From positions 124,001 to 188,000 of IMG/VR virus record IMGVR_UViG_3300025162_000016: DNA of 64,000 nucleotides. One strand, given 5' to 3'. The translations under genes were made by a program, and so were the position numbers. Position 1 is the first letter of the stretch. Each line of letters opens with the position of its first letter. The notes below the pieces were generated by a model. That model searched no databases. It was not told the DNA's origin and saw nothing but the letters and a program-made list of their open reading frames with translations. Shown one piece after another: positions 31,077-38,763 of this stretch.

Positions 31077-31110
31077 AGCCCTCGAAAGCGATACTTTCGG
31101 GGGTTTTCTT
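31077..31110 (+). terminator. Rho-independent terminator
   Basis: AGCCCTCGAAAG-loop-CTTTCGGGGGTT followed by TTCTT. Confidence 0.7.
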
Positions 31111-31182
31111 CATATTGGGAGTGCGGTTAAAATATTTTTGTGGTTGACACTTTTTCGGAGATGTTGTTCTATTTATAATAGT

Positions 31183-31227
31183 GGAAGGAATTCCTCCCCG
31201 AGGCTAAAGCCATTGGGATTTCCTTCC
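31183..31227 (+). mobile_element. Orphan IS200/IS605-type hairpin between late promoter and start codon
   Basis: GGAAGGAATTCCTCCCCGAGGCTAAAGCCATTGGGATTTCCTTCC with GCTAAAG core. Confidence 0.5.
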
Positions 31228-31236
31228 TCCAAAATT

Positions 31237-31962
31237 ATGAAAAAAGAATTACTGGAATATATTATTCGGAAGTGTGTAAAAGAAGTATTAGCGAACGTTT
31301 CTGAGGCGGATGATACCGCAGGAGCACCCGCCCCGCCTGCAAGTGGGCAGGGAACCGCAGATACATTAGCAATTCCTCCGGCGTCTCCTCAGGGGGCTCC
31401 GAAACCGGCAAAAGCAATAAAAGGGGTATGGTTTGTTGATCCAAAGAAAGCATTACAGCCTGATTATAAGGGGGTTCCATTGCAAGATCTTAAACCGGGA
31501 GATCAAGGAAACAATGAACGGAGAATTTATAATATTGCAGCTAGAAGTGGTGGTCCCCGAGTTATGCTTACTATTTCTGCTCGTCAAAAGGTTGATGCTG
31601 TTTTAAGTGGAAAAGTGCCATTCGTTTATCTTTATGTAGGAACGAAACCATGGTCACCTTCTCAGCAATCCAGTCCGGAGGCATCTACTGGAACTCCGTC
31701 GGATGATTCTGAAAATGCAACGGTTTCTATACATTGGGCACCCACACTTCAAGCCGCCAAAAGTTTAAGTGTGCCATCTGGAGTATCGGCGGAACATCCT
31801 CAGACGGCGTTCAATGAACCAGAACCAGGGTTAACAACGCCTCAGACTGGTCCTCAGACTGCTTCTAAAACTCAGGCTCCAAGCATCGATGAGAGTAATA
31901 GTTTAAAAAATATGGTTTCATCTATGATTGGGGAAGCTCTTAGAGAAGCCCGAAGAAAATAA
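31237..31962 (+). CDS. Hypothetical putative head/virion protein (start revised to MKKELLEYII)
   Basis: ATG at 31237 follows the TATTTATA box at 31170; N- and C-terminal amphipathic helices (IIRKCVKEVL, MVSSMIGEALRE). Confidence 0.6.
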   Translation: MKKELLEYIIRKCVKEVLANVSEADDTAGAPAPPASGQGTADTLAIPPASPQGAPKPAKAIKGVWFVDPKKALQPDYKGVPLQDLKPGDQGNNERRIYNIAARSGGPRVMLTISARQKVDAVLSGKVPFVYLYVGTKPWSPSQQSSPEASTGTPSDDSENATVSIHWAPTLQAAKSLSVPSGVSAEHPQTAFNEPEPGLTTPQTGPQTASKTQAPSIDESNSLKNMVSSMIGEALREARRK

Positions 31963-32313
31963 ATGATTATTAAAGAATCGCAATTTAAAGAGCTTTTAGG
32001 ACATTTGGTAAAAGAAATTATGACCGAATTAGCTTCTAGCTCGGACCCCGTGGATTCGATGTCTCAATCTTCTCCCGATAACGCTTCTTCCCCTGTTACT
32101 CCTATTGATATTGCAACTCAACGGAAAGTAGCACGGGATAAGAAAGACGCTACTAGGAAGGCTCTTAAATTGTCCAAACAAGAATATGCTCAAGGTATAG
32201 ATCAAGCGAAAGCTGACGAAAAAAGAACTGAACTAAATAAACGGACAAAGCTTCCTAAGTTAAAACAACAAATACAGGCACTACAACGACAACAATCGTT
32301 ACAATCGCCATAA
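31963..32313 (+). CDS. Hypothetical putative virion protein (116 aa)
   Basis: Abuts the previous stop; N-terminal FKELLGHLVKEIMTE helix and basic coiled-coil tail. Confidence 0.6.
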   Translation: MIIKESQFKELLGHLVKEIMTELASSSDPVDSMSQSSPDNASSPVTPIDIATQRKVARDKKDATRKALKLSKQEYAQGIDQAKADEKRTELNKRTKLPKLKQQIQALQRQQSLQSP

Positions 32314-32373
32314 TATTTTTTGTAAAAGTCTAATTGTTGACTATATATTAGCAACAGATAGATAAGTTTTATT

Positions 32374-33195
32374 ATGAATGATCAAATCGTTACCCTTACT
32401 CGACCGGGAGTTCGTCCCGCTGCATCGCAATCGACCAAGCAGGAATCTACATTTCCTACAGAAACAATCAACATCCCATCAAAAGGATGGTTTTATTCTT
32501 CTGACAGTCCTCTTTCGGCGGGTACATTGGAATTAAAGCCAATGACAGCAAGAGAGGAAGATATTCTTACTTCTAAAAATCTTATTCAAAAAGGCATTGT
32601 TCTAGATAAGGTATTGGAGTCGCTTATAGTAGAAAAAGCAATTCATTCTGAAGACATGTTAAATTGTGATAGAAATGCTGCTTTTGTGGCTATTCGTCGT
32701 ATGGCATATGGAGACGAATATAAAGCTAATATCACTTGTCCTAAGTGTGGTGTTGACAATTCTTTAACTATTGATCTCGGAAAAATGGATAACAAGCCAT
32801 TTGATTTTGAAAAATATCCGAAAGGGACAAATGAATTTGAGTTTACGTTGCCGGTATCTAAACGGGTAGTGACGTTTAAATTACTTACCAAAAAAGATGA
32901 AGATGCTATTGATGCTGATTTAAAAGCTCTTACAAAAATCTCTAAAGAAGTTACGAGTGAAATTACTACCCGTCTTAAATCATATATTATTGCATTGGAC
33001 GGGAATGCGGATAAAAGTGCTATTCGGAAGTTTGTGGATGAGATGCGAGCGGGGGATAGTTTAGCATTAAGAAATTATGTTCGCACTATGACACCGGATG
33101 TTGACATGAGTTTTGATTTTGTGTGCAGTTCATGCGGAGTTGAAAGGAGGGAGGACGTTCCATTAAGCGTCTCCTTTTTTTGGCCTAACGGATGA
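32374..33195 (+). CDS. Tail/baseplate assembly chaperone (T4 gp26-like, short product)
   Basis: FPTETINIPSKG, LKPMTAREEDIL, CPKCG, FEFTLPVSKRVVTFKLLT, terminal VSFFWP; directly upstream of the tape measure gene. Confidence 0.8.
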   Translation: MNDQIVTLTRPGVRPAASQSTKQESTFPTETINIPSKGWFYSSDSPLSAGTLELKPMTAREEDILTSKNLIQKGIVLDKVLESLIVEKAIHSEDMLNCDRNAAFVAIRRMAYGDEYKANITCPKCGVDNSLTIDLGKMDNKPFDFEKYPKGTNEFEFTLPVSKRVVTFKLLTKKDEDAIDADLKALTKISKEVTSEITTRLKSYIIALDGNADKSAIRKFVDEMRAGDSLALRNYVRTMTPDVDMSFDFVCSSCGVERREDVPLSVSFFWPNG

Positions 33196-33436
33196 ATATA
33201 GAATATCCGTTTACGAGCAAATAGATGGAATGGTTGAGCGGGGTTATAGCTTCTATGATCTCTATACTATGCCGGTATATCTTCGGGGTCTTTTTATTCG
33301 CATTGCAATAAAGAAACAAGAAAAAGAACGTAAAGATATGGATAAATCTCGGGGAGTTTCTGAAGGGGCATCTACCAGTAAAAAATCACCGGGAACAGTT
33401 CCTGGATTTGTTGCTCGGCAATCTTCTGCTAAATAG
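33182..33436 (+). CDS. Frameshift-accessed C-terminal extension of the chaperone (gp51/GT-like); ORF track starts it at ATG 33230
   Basis: +1 frame opens at 33167 and reads ...FFGLTDEYRISVYEQIDGMVERGYSFYDLYTMPVYLRGLF; T7 run at 33175-33181. Confidence 0.65.
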   Translation, partial: GLTDEYRISVYEQIDGMVERGYSFYDLYTMPVYLRGLFIRIAIKKQEKERKDMDKSRGVSEGASTSKKSPGTVPGFVARQSSAK

Positions 33437-33457
33437 TTATTTTATCATTTCAATCAT

Positions 33458-33486
33458 CTCATCCACTGGAAGCAGATGGGTTTTCT
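33458..33486 (+). mobile_element. Degenerate IS200/IS605-type hairpin
   Basis: CTCATCCACTGGAAGCAGATGGGTTTTCT aligns with CCCACCCGCTAAAGCAGGTGGGTTTC at 16548. Confidence 0.45.
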
Positions 33487-33551
33487 GGCGAGAGTGCGAT
33501 AAAAGAGAAGTGCCGGTATATTTATAACAGTATATCGAATAATATATTAAT

Positions 33552-36134
33552 ATGGCAAAAAAAGGTACAACTCAAGATCGAGATAAAACTGAAAATGAAG
33601 TAACAGAGCAAAAAGTTGCGCTTGAACGAGAGCTTGTAAAGATTCGACAAGAATCCGAATTATTGTCGAAAGAACAAGCGAGTATGGATAAGCAACTTTT
33701 AGCTAATGTTAAAGCGAGGCTTGATTTAATCGGTAATAATTTTAACCTAGAAATAAAACTTAGAGATGAGCTTTTTAAAATGCATGCGGCGGAAAAAGTT
33801 GAAGAAGGAAAGGAAAAAAAGCAATTAACCGCAAAACGGAAAGGGATAGAATCGCACTTACGAGATGTAAAAGCCTTAAATAATATAGAAAAAATACAGC
33901 TTGAGACAGCTAAAGAGTTGCTTGCGTTGGATAAAAAAGGAAAAGATGAAGAGACGGCTAAATTTGAGGGTGCATTGGATTATGTTGGTAAATTGGGAGA
34001 TATATTTAAGCTTCAGGCAAATCACTATAAATGGATTAAAAAAATGGATATAATTCCGAAATCGTGGTTGGTGCGGGCGGCAGGATTTGCGGCAATTATT
34101 GAGTATACTGTAACTAAATTTTTAGAATTTGATAAAGCAATGGCAAAGTTCCGTATTCAAATGGGACTTCTCCGAGAGGATTCAAAGCGAATATCCGATA
34201 ATATTAAAAGTGTTTATGTTAGTTTTGTAGGTATTGGGGTTACTATAGAGGGTGCAGTTGTTGCGGCGGAGGCATTGGCAAATGAATTTGGTGGAACGAT
34301 GAAGATTTCTAAAGATCTGATTGAAACCACCGCAATTTTTAAATCGCAGCTTGGGGTTGCAGAAGATGCTACGGCTGGGTTTCTCAGAAATATTTCTGCT
34401 ATTAGTAAAACCACCGCTCAGTCTAATAAACATATTGCATATTTTGCCAGTAGATTATCCGCAGCAGCGGGGGTTCCGCTTAATATGGTTATGCAGGATG
34501 TATCTAAATTATCTGGGAATGCGTTATCAATGGTTTCTCGAATGCCGGGACAATTAATAAAAGCGGCAGTAGAAGCAAGAGTATTGGGAACGACTCTGAA
34601 TAAAATGGCAGATGCCAGTAGACATCTGCTTAATTTCACGGAGAGTATTCAACAGGAAATGGATGCATCGGTTCTTGTTGGCAGAAACATTAATCTTCAA
34701 AAAGCTCGTGAGTTAGCATATCGAAGGGATCTGGTTGGATCTACAAAAGAAATACTTCGTATTGCTAAAAATATTAATTTTGAAAACTTGGATGTATTTC
34801 AGATGGATGCATTTGCTGCTGCAACGGGTAGGTCTACCGATGAATTATTAAAAATGATACAGGCTCAAAGACAGCTTGAAGAAGCCAGAAATATAGATGG
34901 GTTAAAAGATGAAGTTAGAGAATATGAAAGATTAAAAGGAATACGGGAAGGGGATTTGAAAAACGTTGGACTTCAACGGGAGCTTCAAGTAAAACAAATG
35001 GCAAATCAAGAAAGAATTGCGGCATTACAGCAGCAATGGAATAAACTTTTACTTCAAGCTACGGCTACGTTGTTTCCTATTCTTGATGCCACTATGAAAA
35101 TTGCGGGAGTAATTCTTGCGTTGGGACCAGTCCTGATGCCCGTAATAAAACTCGTTGAAGTATTATCTTCACGGATTGGCCGTATAGCAATTGGTGCTCG
35201 TACACTTAGAGATGAATTCATGGTGGCGTGGGAACTATTTAAAGGTGGAATAGAACTTAGTGCCACGCTCTCTAAATGGATTGCGAAAATAGGAAAAGCA
35301 TTTTCTGTCGTTTTTAAAGTTTTCTCTTTTGCAAAAACTTTTGCTCCATTTTTTGAATTTATTCCAGTAGTAGGATGGATTATTACTGGACTGACTTTAC
35401 TTTGTAATCTTTTTAAACGTATTAGCACGGAAGGGTTTTCGCTTGCGTCTATTGGAAAAGCAATTGTGGATACTTTTTGGCAGCCATTTGTCGATGCATG
35501 GGAATGGATTAAGTCTATTTTCGTTGGAAATTCTCCTTCGGTTATGTCACAAGGAATTGTTGATGGTATAATTGCAGTAAAAGGATTAATTTTGAATCAT
35601 TTACTTTCGCCATTTAAGGATGCTTATACATGGATTATGGATAGGATGGGAGGGCATTCGGCATCGGAGTTAATGTTATCCGTTATTCGTGGAATTATTG
35701 GGGGTGGGGCAAAACTATTGGATGTATTGACCAGTCCATTTCGTCAATTTTTCGCATGGGTATTAGAGAAGATACCATTTGTTGGAAAAAATTTAGCAAA
35801 GGGTATTCGGGGTGGATATACCGGGGCGTTAGAAAATTTGGGTGTATTAGAAAAGAAAATTACTACACCGGAATTAATTCCGACGGCAATTACGACGGAA
35901 GCGGTTACTGCTAAATCCCCCCCTATTACTCCCACGATTCCTCCTACTTTAGAAGAATCAAAACAACAGCAACAAAATTCCACGACTTTGGCGGCGATTT
36001 TAAAAGAGCTTTGTAATTTAAATGCAGATTTAACTGCGGGTAAAATTGCGGTTAATATGGATGGTATGCTTGTAAGTGCTCAGATGGATAGGATGACTAA
36101 GTACAAAAAGGGATATGGTGTAATGACGACATAA
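33552..36134 (+). CDS. Tape measure protein
   Basis: 860-aa helical protein with N-terminal coiled coil, LLNFTESIQQEMDASVLVGRNINLQKARELA segment and hydrophobic W/F-periodic C-terminal repeats; canonical position after tube/chaperone. Confidence 0.85.
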   Translation: MAKKGTTQDRDKTENEVTEQKVALERELVKIRQESELLSKEQASMDKQLLANVKARLDLIGNNFNLEIKLRDELFKMHAAEKVEEGKEKKQLTAKRKGIESHLRDVKALNNIEKIQLETAKELLALDKKGKDEETAKFEGALDYVGKLGDIFKLQANHYKWIKKMDIIPKSWLVRAAGFAAIIEYTVTKFLEFDKAMAKFRIQMGLLREDSKRISDNIKSVYVSFVGIGVTIEGAVVAAEALANEFGGTMKISKDLIETTAIFKSQLGVAEDATAGFLRNISAISKTTAQSNKHIAYFASRLSAAAGVPLNMVMQDVSKLSGNALSMVSRMPGQLIKAAVEARVLGTTLNKMADASRHLLNFTESIQQEMDASVLVGRNINLQKARELAYRRDLVGSTKEILRIAKNINFENLDVFQMDAFAAATGRSTDELLKMIQAQRQLEEARNIDGLKDEVREYERLKGIREGDLKNVGLQRELQVKQMANQERIAALQQQWNKLLLQATATLFPILDATMKIAGVILALGPVLMPVIKLVEVLSSRIGRIAIGARTLRDEFMVAWELFKGGIELSATLSKWIAKIGKAFSVVFKVFSFAKTFAPFFEFIPVVGWIITGLTLLCNLFKRISTEGFSLASIGKAIVDTFWQPFVDAWEWIKSIFVGNSPSVMSQGIVDGIIAVKGLILNHLLSPFKDAYTWIMDRMGGHSASELMLSVIRGIIGGGAKLLDVLTSPFRQFFAWVLEKIPFVGKNLAKGIRGGYTGALENLGVLEKKITTPELIPTAITTEAVTAKSPPITPTIPPTLEESKQQQQNSTTLAAILKELCNLNADLTAGKIAVNMDGMLVSAQMDRMTKYKKGYGVMTT

Positions 36135-36153
36135 GATTTACTATTTATAACAT

Positions 36154-38430
36154 ATGGCAAACCAATCACCCATCCCGTTAATTCCCTTGTTGAAAGTTCC
36201 GGCAAATTATCCTACGGTTCCTTCACCGGGAAAAATTCGTATTTTATACGACAAAAATAAAAAAGAGCTTTATCATCGATTATCTCCGTATGGAACCGAT
36301 ACTTTCATGGGAATAAAATCGACCCAGCCGTTTAATTATGTTTATCCGGATGGTCCTAAAAGTAGTGATTGTTACCTGATAGATTACGTTCAACATGCGC
36401 TTAATGATGTTAAAAGAATAACTAAATTCATGATATCCGGACAAGGAGTATTGTGGATCGGTAAACAATTCTTACTTCAAACCGGAAACGCATTTAATGA
36501 AACTCGTATCTGGAATCCTACTTCCCCTATTGTAGCAGCATCCTTTATTATCAGACCCCAAAGAAATATAGATACCAGTAATTTATTGGGAAGCTTATTG
36601 GGTAGTGTTGGCTCTGCGGTGGGAGGGGTATTAGGGCTAGGTAATTCTCCAACCGCCCCATCCGGAACGGTTGGAATGTCTGCTCTTTCTCGTAATAGCG
36701 TAACGGCGCAATCCGGTGGAAAAGGACTATTGAGAGCCGATACCGCTAACGCAGGACTGGCAACTTTTAGAAGTAAGTGGGGACCACCGGCAACTGGCGG
36801 AGGATTTTTATCGGATTTTATTAAAAAAACATTTAATAATTTTATACCTGCACGTCAAGAGGGAATAAAAGTTCGTTCCGACGAAAAGTCCTATGGATGG
36901 ATGATTGATGATGGTTCATGGGGAGGGGCATTTGACTATGGTGGAACCTCACAACTTATTAAATTTCATCAGAGATGGATAGCCGGTGATAAGGGCGGAA
37001 TACGCATTGCCGATCAGGATAATATGATGCATGGTGGAATAGCATATACAACGTTCAATGGGTTGCGGTATCTTCAAAATACCAAAACTTATAGTAAAAC
37101 TCTTCAAAATGGTATTAAATTTGGATGGTCTATTGAACCTAGTACTGATCCGATACACCCTGGCATTCGATATGAGAATGCAATTGGAATGAAAGCGACG
37201 GATCAAGATGGGCAATATTTCGCATCGAGTATGATGGTTCAGTGGGGAATGTTTCAGGAAACGGGGAAACAGTCGCAATATCCTTCTAAGATGACCGATC
37301 CAAAGGGAGCCAGGGTATTAGCAGAGATTTTATATGACCGACTTAAAACTTTAAGAAAAAGCGAGGTTTATACCTTTCCCTCGCTTACTTCCATTCCAGA
37401 CAATGGAGTTTTTCCATCCGCATATCCCGATATAGATGGTTATGATAGATTAATGTCGGTGAAGAATATAGGTGATCCAAAACACTTTGGAAATGACAAA
37501 ACAAAGTTGTTTACGTTAGCTGCATATCGGGCGGGTAAAGTTAGAGTGTTAGAAAACCAACATACTGACGCTACCGAAAAATCATTTAAAATGGGAGGTA
37601 CTGGTCAGTTTGATGGCATCAATACTCTTATGGTTATAGATGGGTCTTATAAAAATAGAGGAAAATCAAATGGTAGTTTTAAAATAGAAAATCGAAGAAT
37701 AGTGGAGTGGACTGAATGGAATCCTTATAAAGACGATCTCATTGCATTTTATTTCTATGATATAGTTAACCAGAAATATATTCCATTTCGAGCTACTATA
37801 AAAGGACTACAAGAAACCGATTCCGTTAATTGGGAAGAACTTACTTTTATTGGAAGAGCAGATAAAGTATATTCCTATGGCGGATTTAACCGATCTCTAG
37901 CATTCAATTTCACGGTTCATATTGGAAGTCTTATAGAAATGGCTCCAACGTGGCAACGAGTTAATTATCTTATGAGTTTAGTAAAACCGGCATCTTATAC
38001 ACGGCGAGATAATAAAAATGATTCTAGTGGAACATATACTCGATTTATGGTTCCTCCGATGGTAATGATTACGATTGGAGACATGTATAAAAATCAACCG
38101 GTAGTTATTGGTTCGTTAGGTATTACTATTCCGGAAAATACGTCTTGGGAAACTCTAAATGAAAAAAATTCAACCGAATGGTCTTATTTAGTTGATTACA
38201 TAAAATCTCCCAAGGTGGGTATGAATTATGGCCAGCTTCCACGAACCATGGAAATTTCTGTTAATGCATATCTTCTTGAGAAGGAACGAGCAATTGTCGG
38301 TGCGGCTCATTTTGGTCATGCTCCACACAACGAACAATATGATGAAAAATTTAATGTAAAAACAATACCAGATAATGAATTTCCCACGGAACTTCATAAA
38401 TCTATGGTTGTTTATAATAGACAGTCATAA
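36154..38430 (+). CDS. Baseplate hub / tube-initiator-like protein
   Basis: C-terminal IPFRATIKGLQETDSVNW...IGRADKVYSY.GFNRSLAFNF...PPMVMITIGDMY motif of contractile-tail initiator proteins; lies between TMP and LysM genes. Confidence 0.7.
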   Translation: MANQSPIPLIPLLKVPANYPTVPSPGKIRILYDKNKKELYHRLSPYGTDTFMGIKSTQPFNYVYPDGPKSSDCYLIDYVQHALNDVKRITKFMISGQGVLWIGKQFLLQTGNAFNETRIWNPTSPIVAASFIIRPQRNIDTSNLLGSLLGSVGSAVGGVLGLGNSPTAPSGTVGMSALSRNSVTAQSGGKGLLRADTANAGLATFRSKWGPPATGGGFLSDFIKKTFNNFIPARQEGIKVRSDEKSYGWMIDDGSWGGAFDYGGTSQLIKFHQRWIAGDKGGIRIADQDNMMHGGIAYTTFNGLRYLQNTKTYSKTLQNGIKFGWSIEPSTDPIHPGIRYENAIGMKATDQDGQYFASSMMVQWGMFQETGKQSQYPSKMTDPKGARVLAEILYDRLKTLRKSEVYTFPSLTSIPDNGVFPSAYPDIDGYDRLMSVKNIGDPKHFGNDKTKLFTLAAYRAGKVRVLENQHTDATEKSFKMGGTGQFDGINTLMVIDGSYKNRGKSNGSFKIENRRIVEWTEWNPYKDDLIAFYFYDIVNQKYIPFRATIKGLQETDSVNWEELTFIGRADKVYSYGGFNRSLAFNFTVHIGSLIEMAPTWQRVNYLMSLVKPASYTRRDNKNDSSGTYTRFMVPPMVMITIGDMYKNQPVVIGSLGITIPENTSWETLNEKNSTEWSYLVDYIKSPKVGMNYGQLPRTMEISVNAYLLEKERAIVGAAHFGHAPHNEQYDEKFNVKTIPDNEFPTELHKSMVVYNRQS

Positions 38431-38435
38431 AATAA

Positions 38436-38732
38436 ATGAACCGATATTCAAATAATTTATCTGGGAAGAGGTGGGATGGGAAAGAGGTGTATAAAACCAC
38501 TATTTATCCTCCTGTTCCTTTGTCTGATAGTGATATTTATATTACTGCAAGTGAAACTGAGTCATTAGATACATTGGCATTTAAGTATTATAACGATTCA
38601 ACGCTTTGGTGGATTATTGCCAACATAAATAATATAGGAAAAGGAAGATTAAGTATTGAACCGGGATTACAATTACGTATCCCTACCGATATCATTTCTG
38701 TTCTCAATACATTCAAACAATTAAATCAATGA
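38436..38732 (+). CDS. LysM-like baseplate protein (T4 gp53 / P2 X-like)
   Basis: ESLDTLAFKYYNDSTLWWIIANINN...PGLQLRIP. Confidence 0.85.
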   Translation: MNRYSNNLSGKRWDGKEVYKTTIYPPVPLSDSDIYITASETESLDTLAFKYYNDSTLWWIIANINNIGKGRLSIEPGLQLRIPTDIISVLNTFKQLNQ

Positions 38733-38763
38733 AAAAAAATCAAATAAATATTTTGAAAATGAT

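Noticed and set aside
33440-33510. tRNA-like element
   Set aside because: No cloverleaf, T-loop GTTC or CCA end; better explained as a degenerate IS605-type hairpin. No tRNA was found in other intergenic regions.
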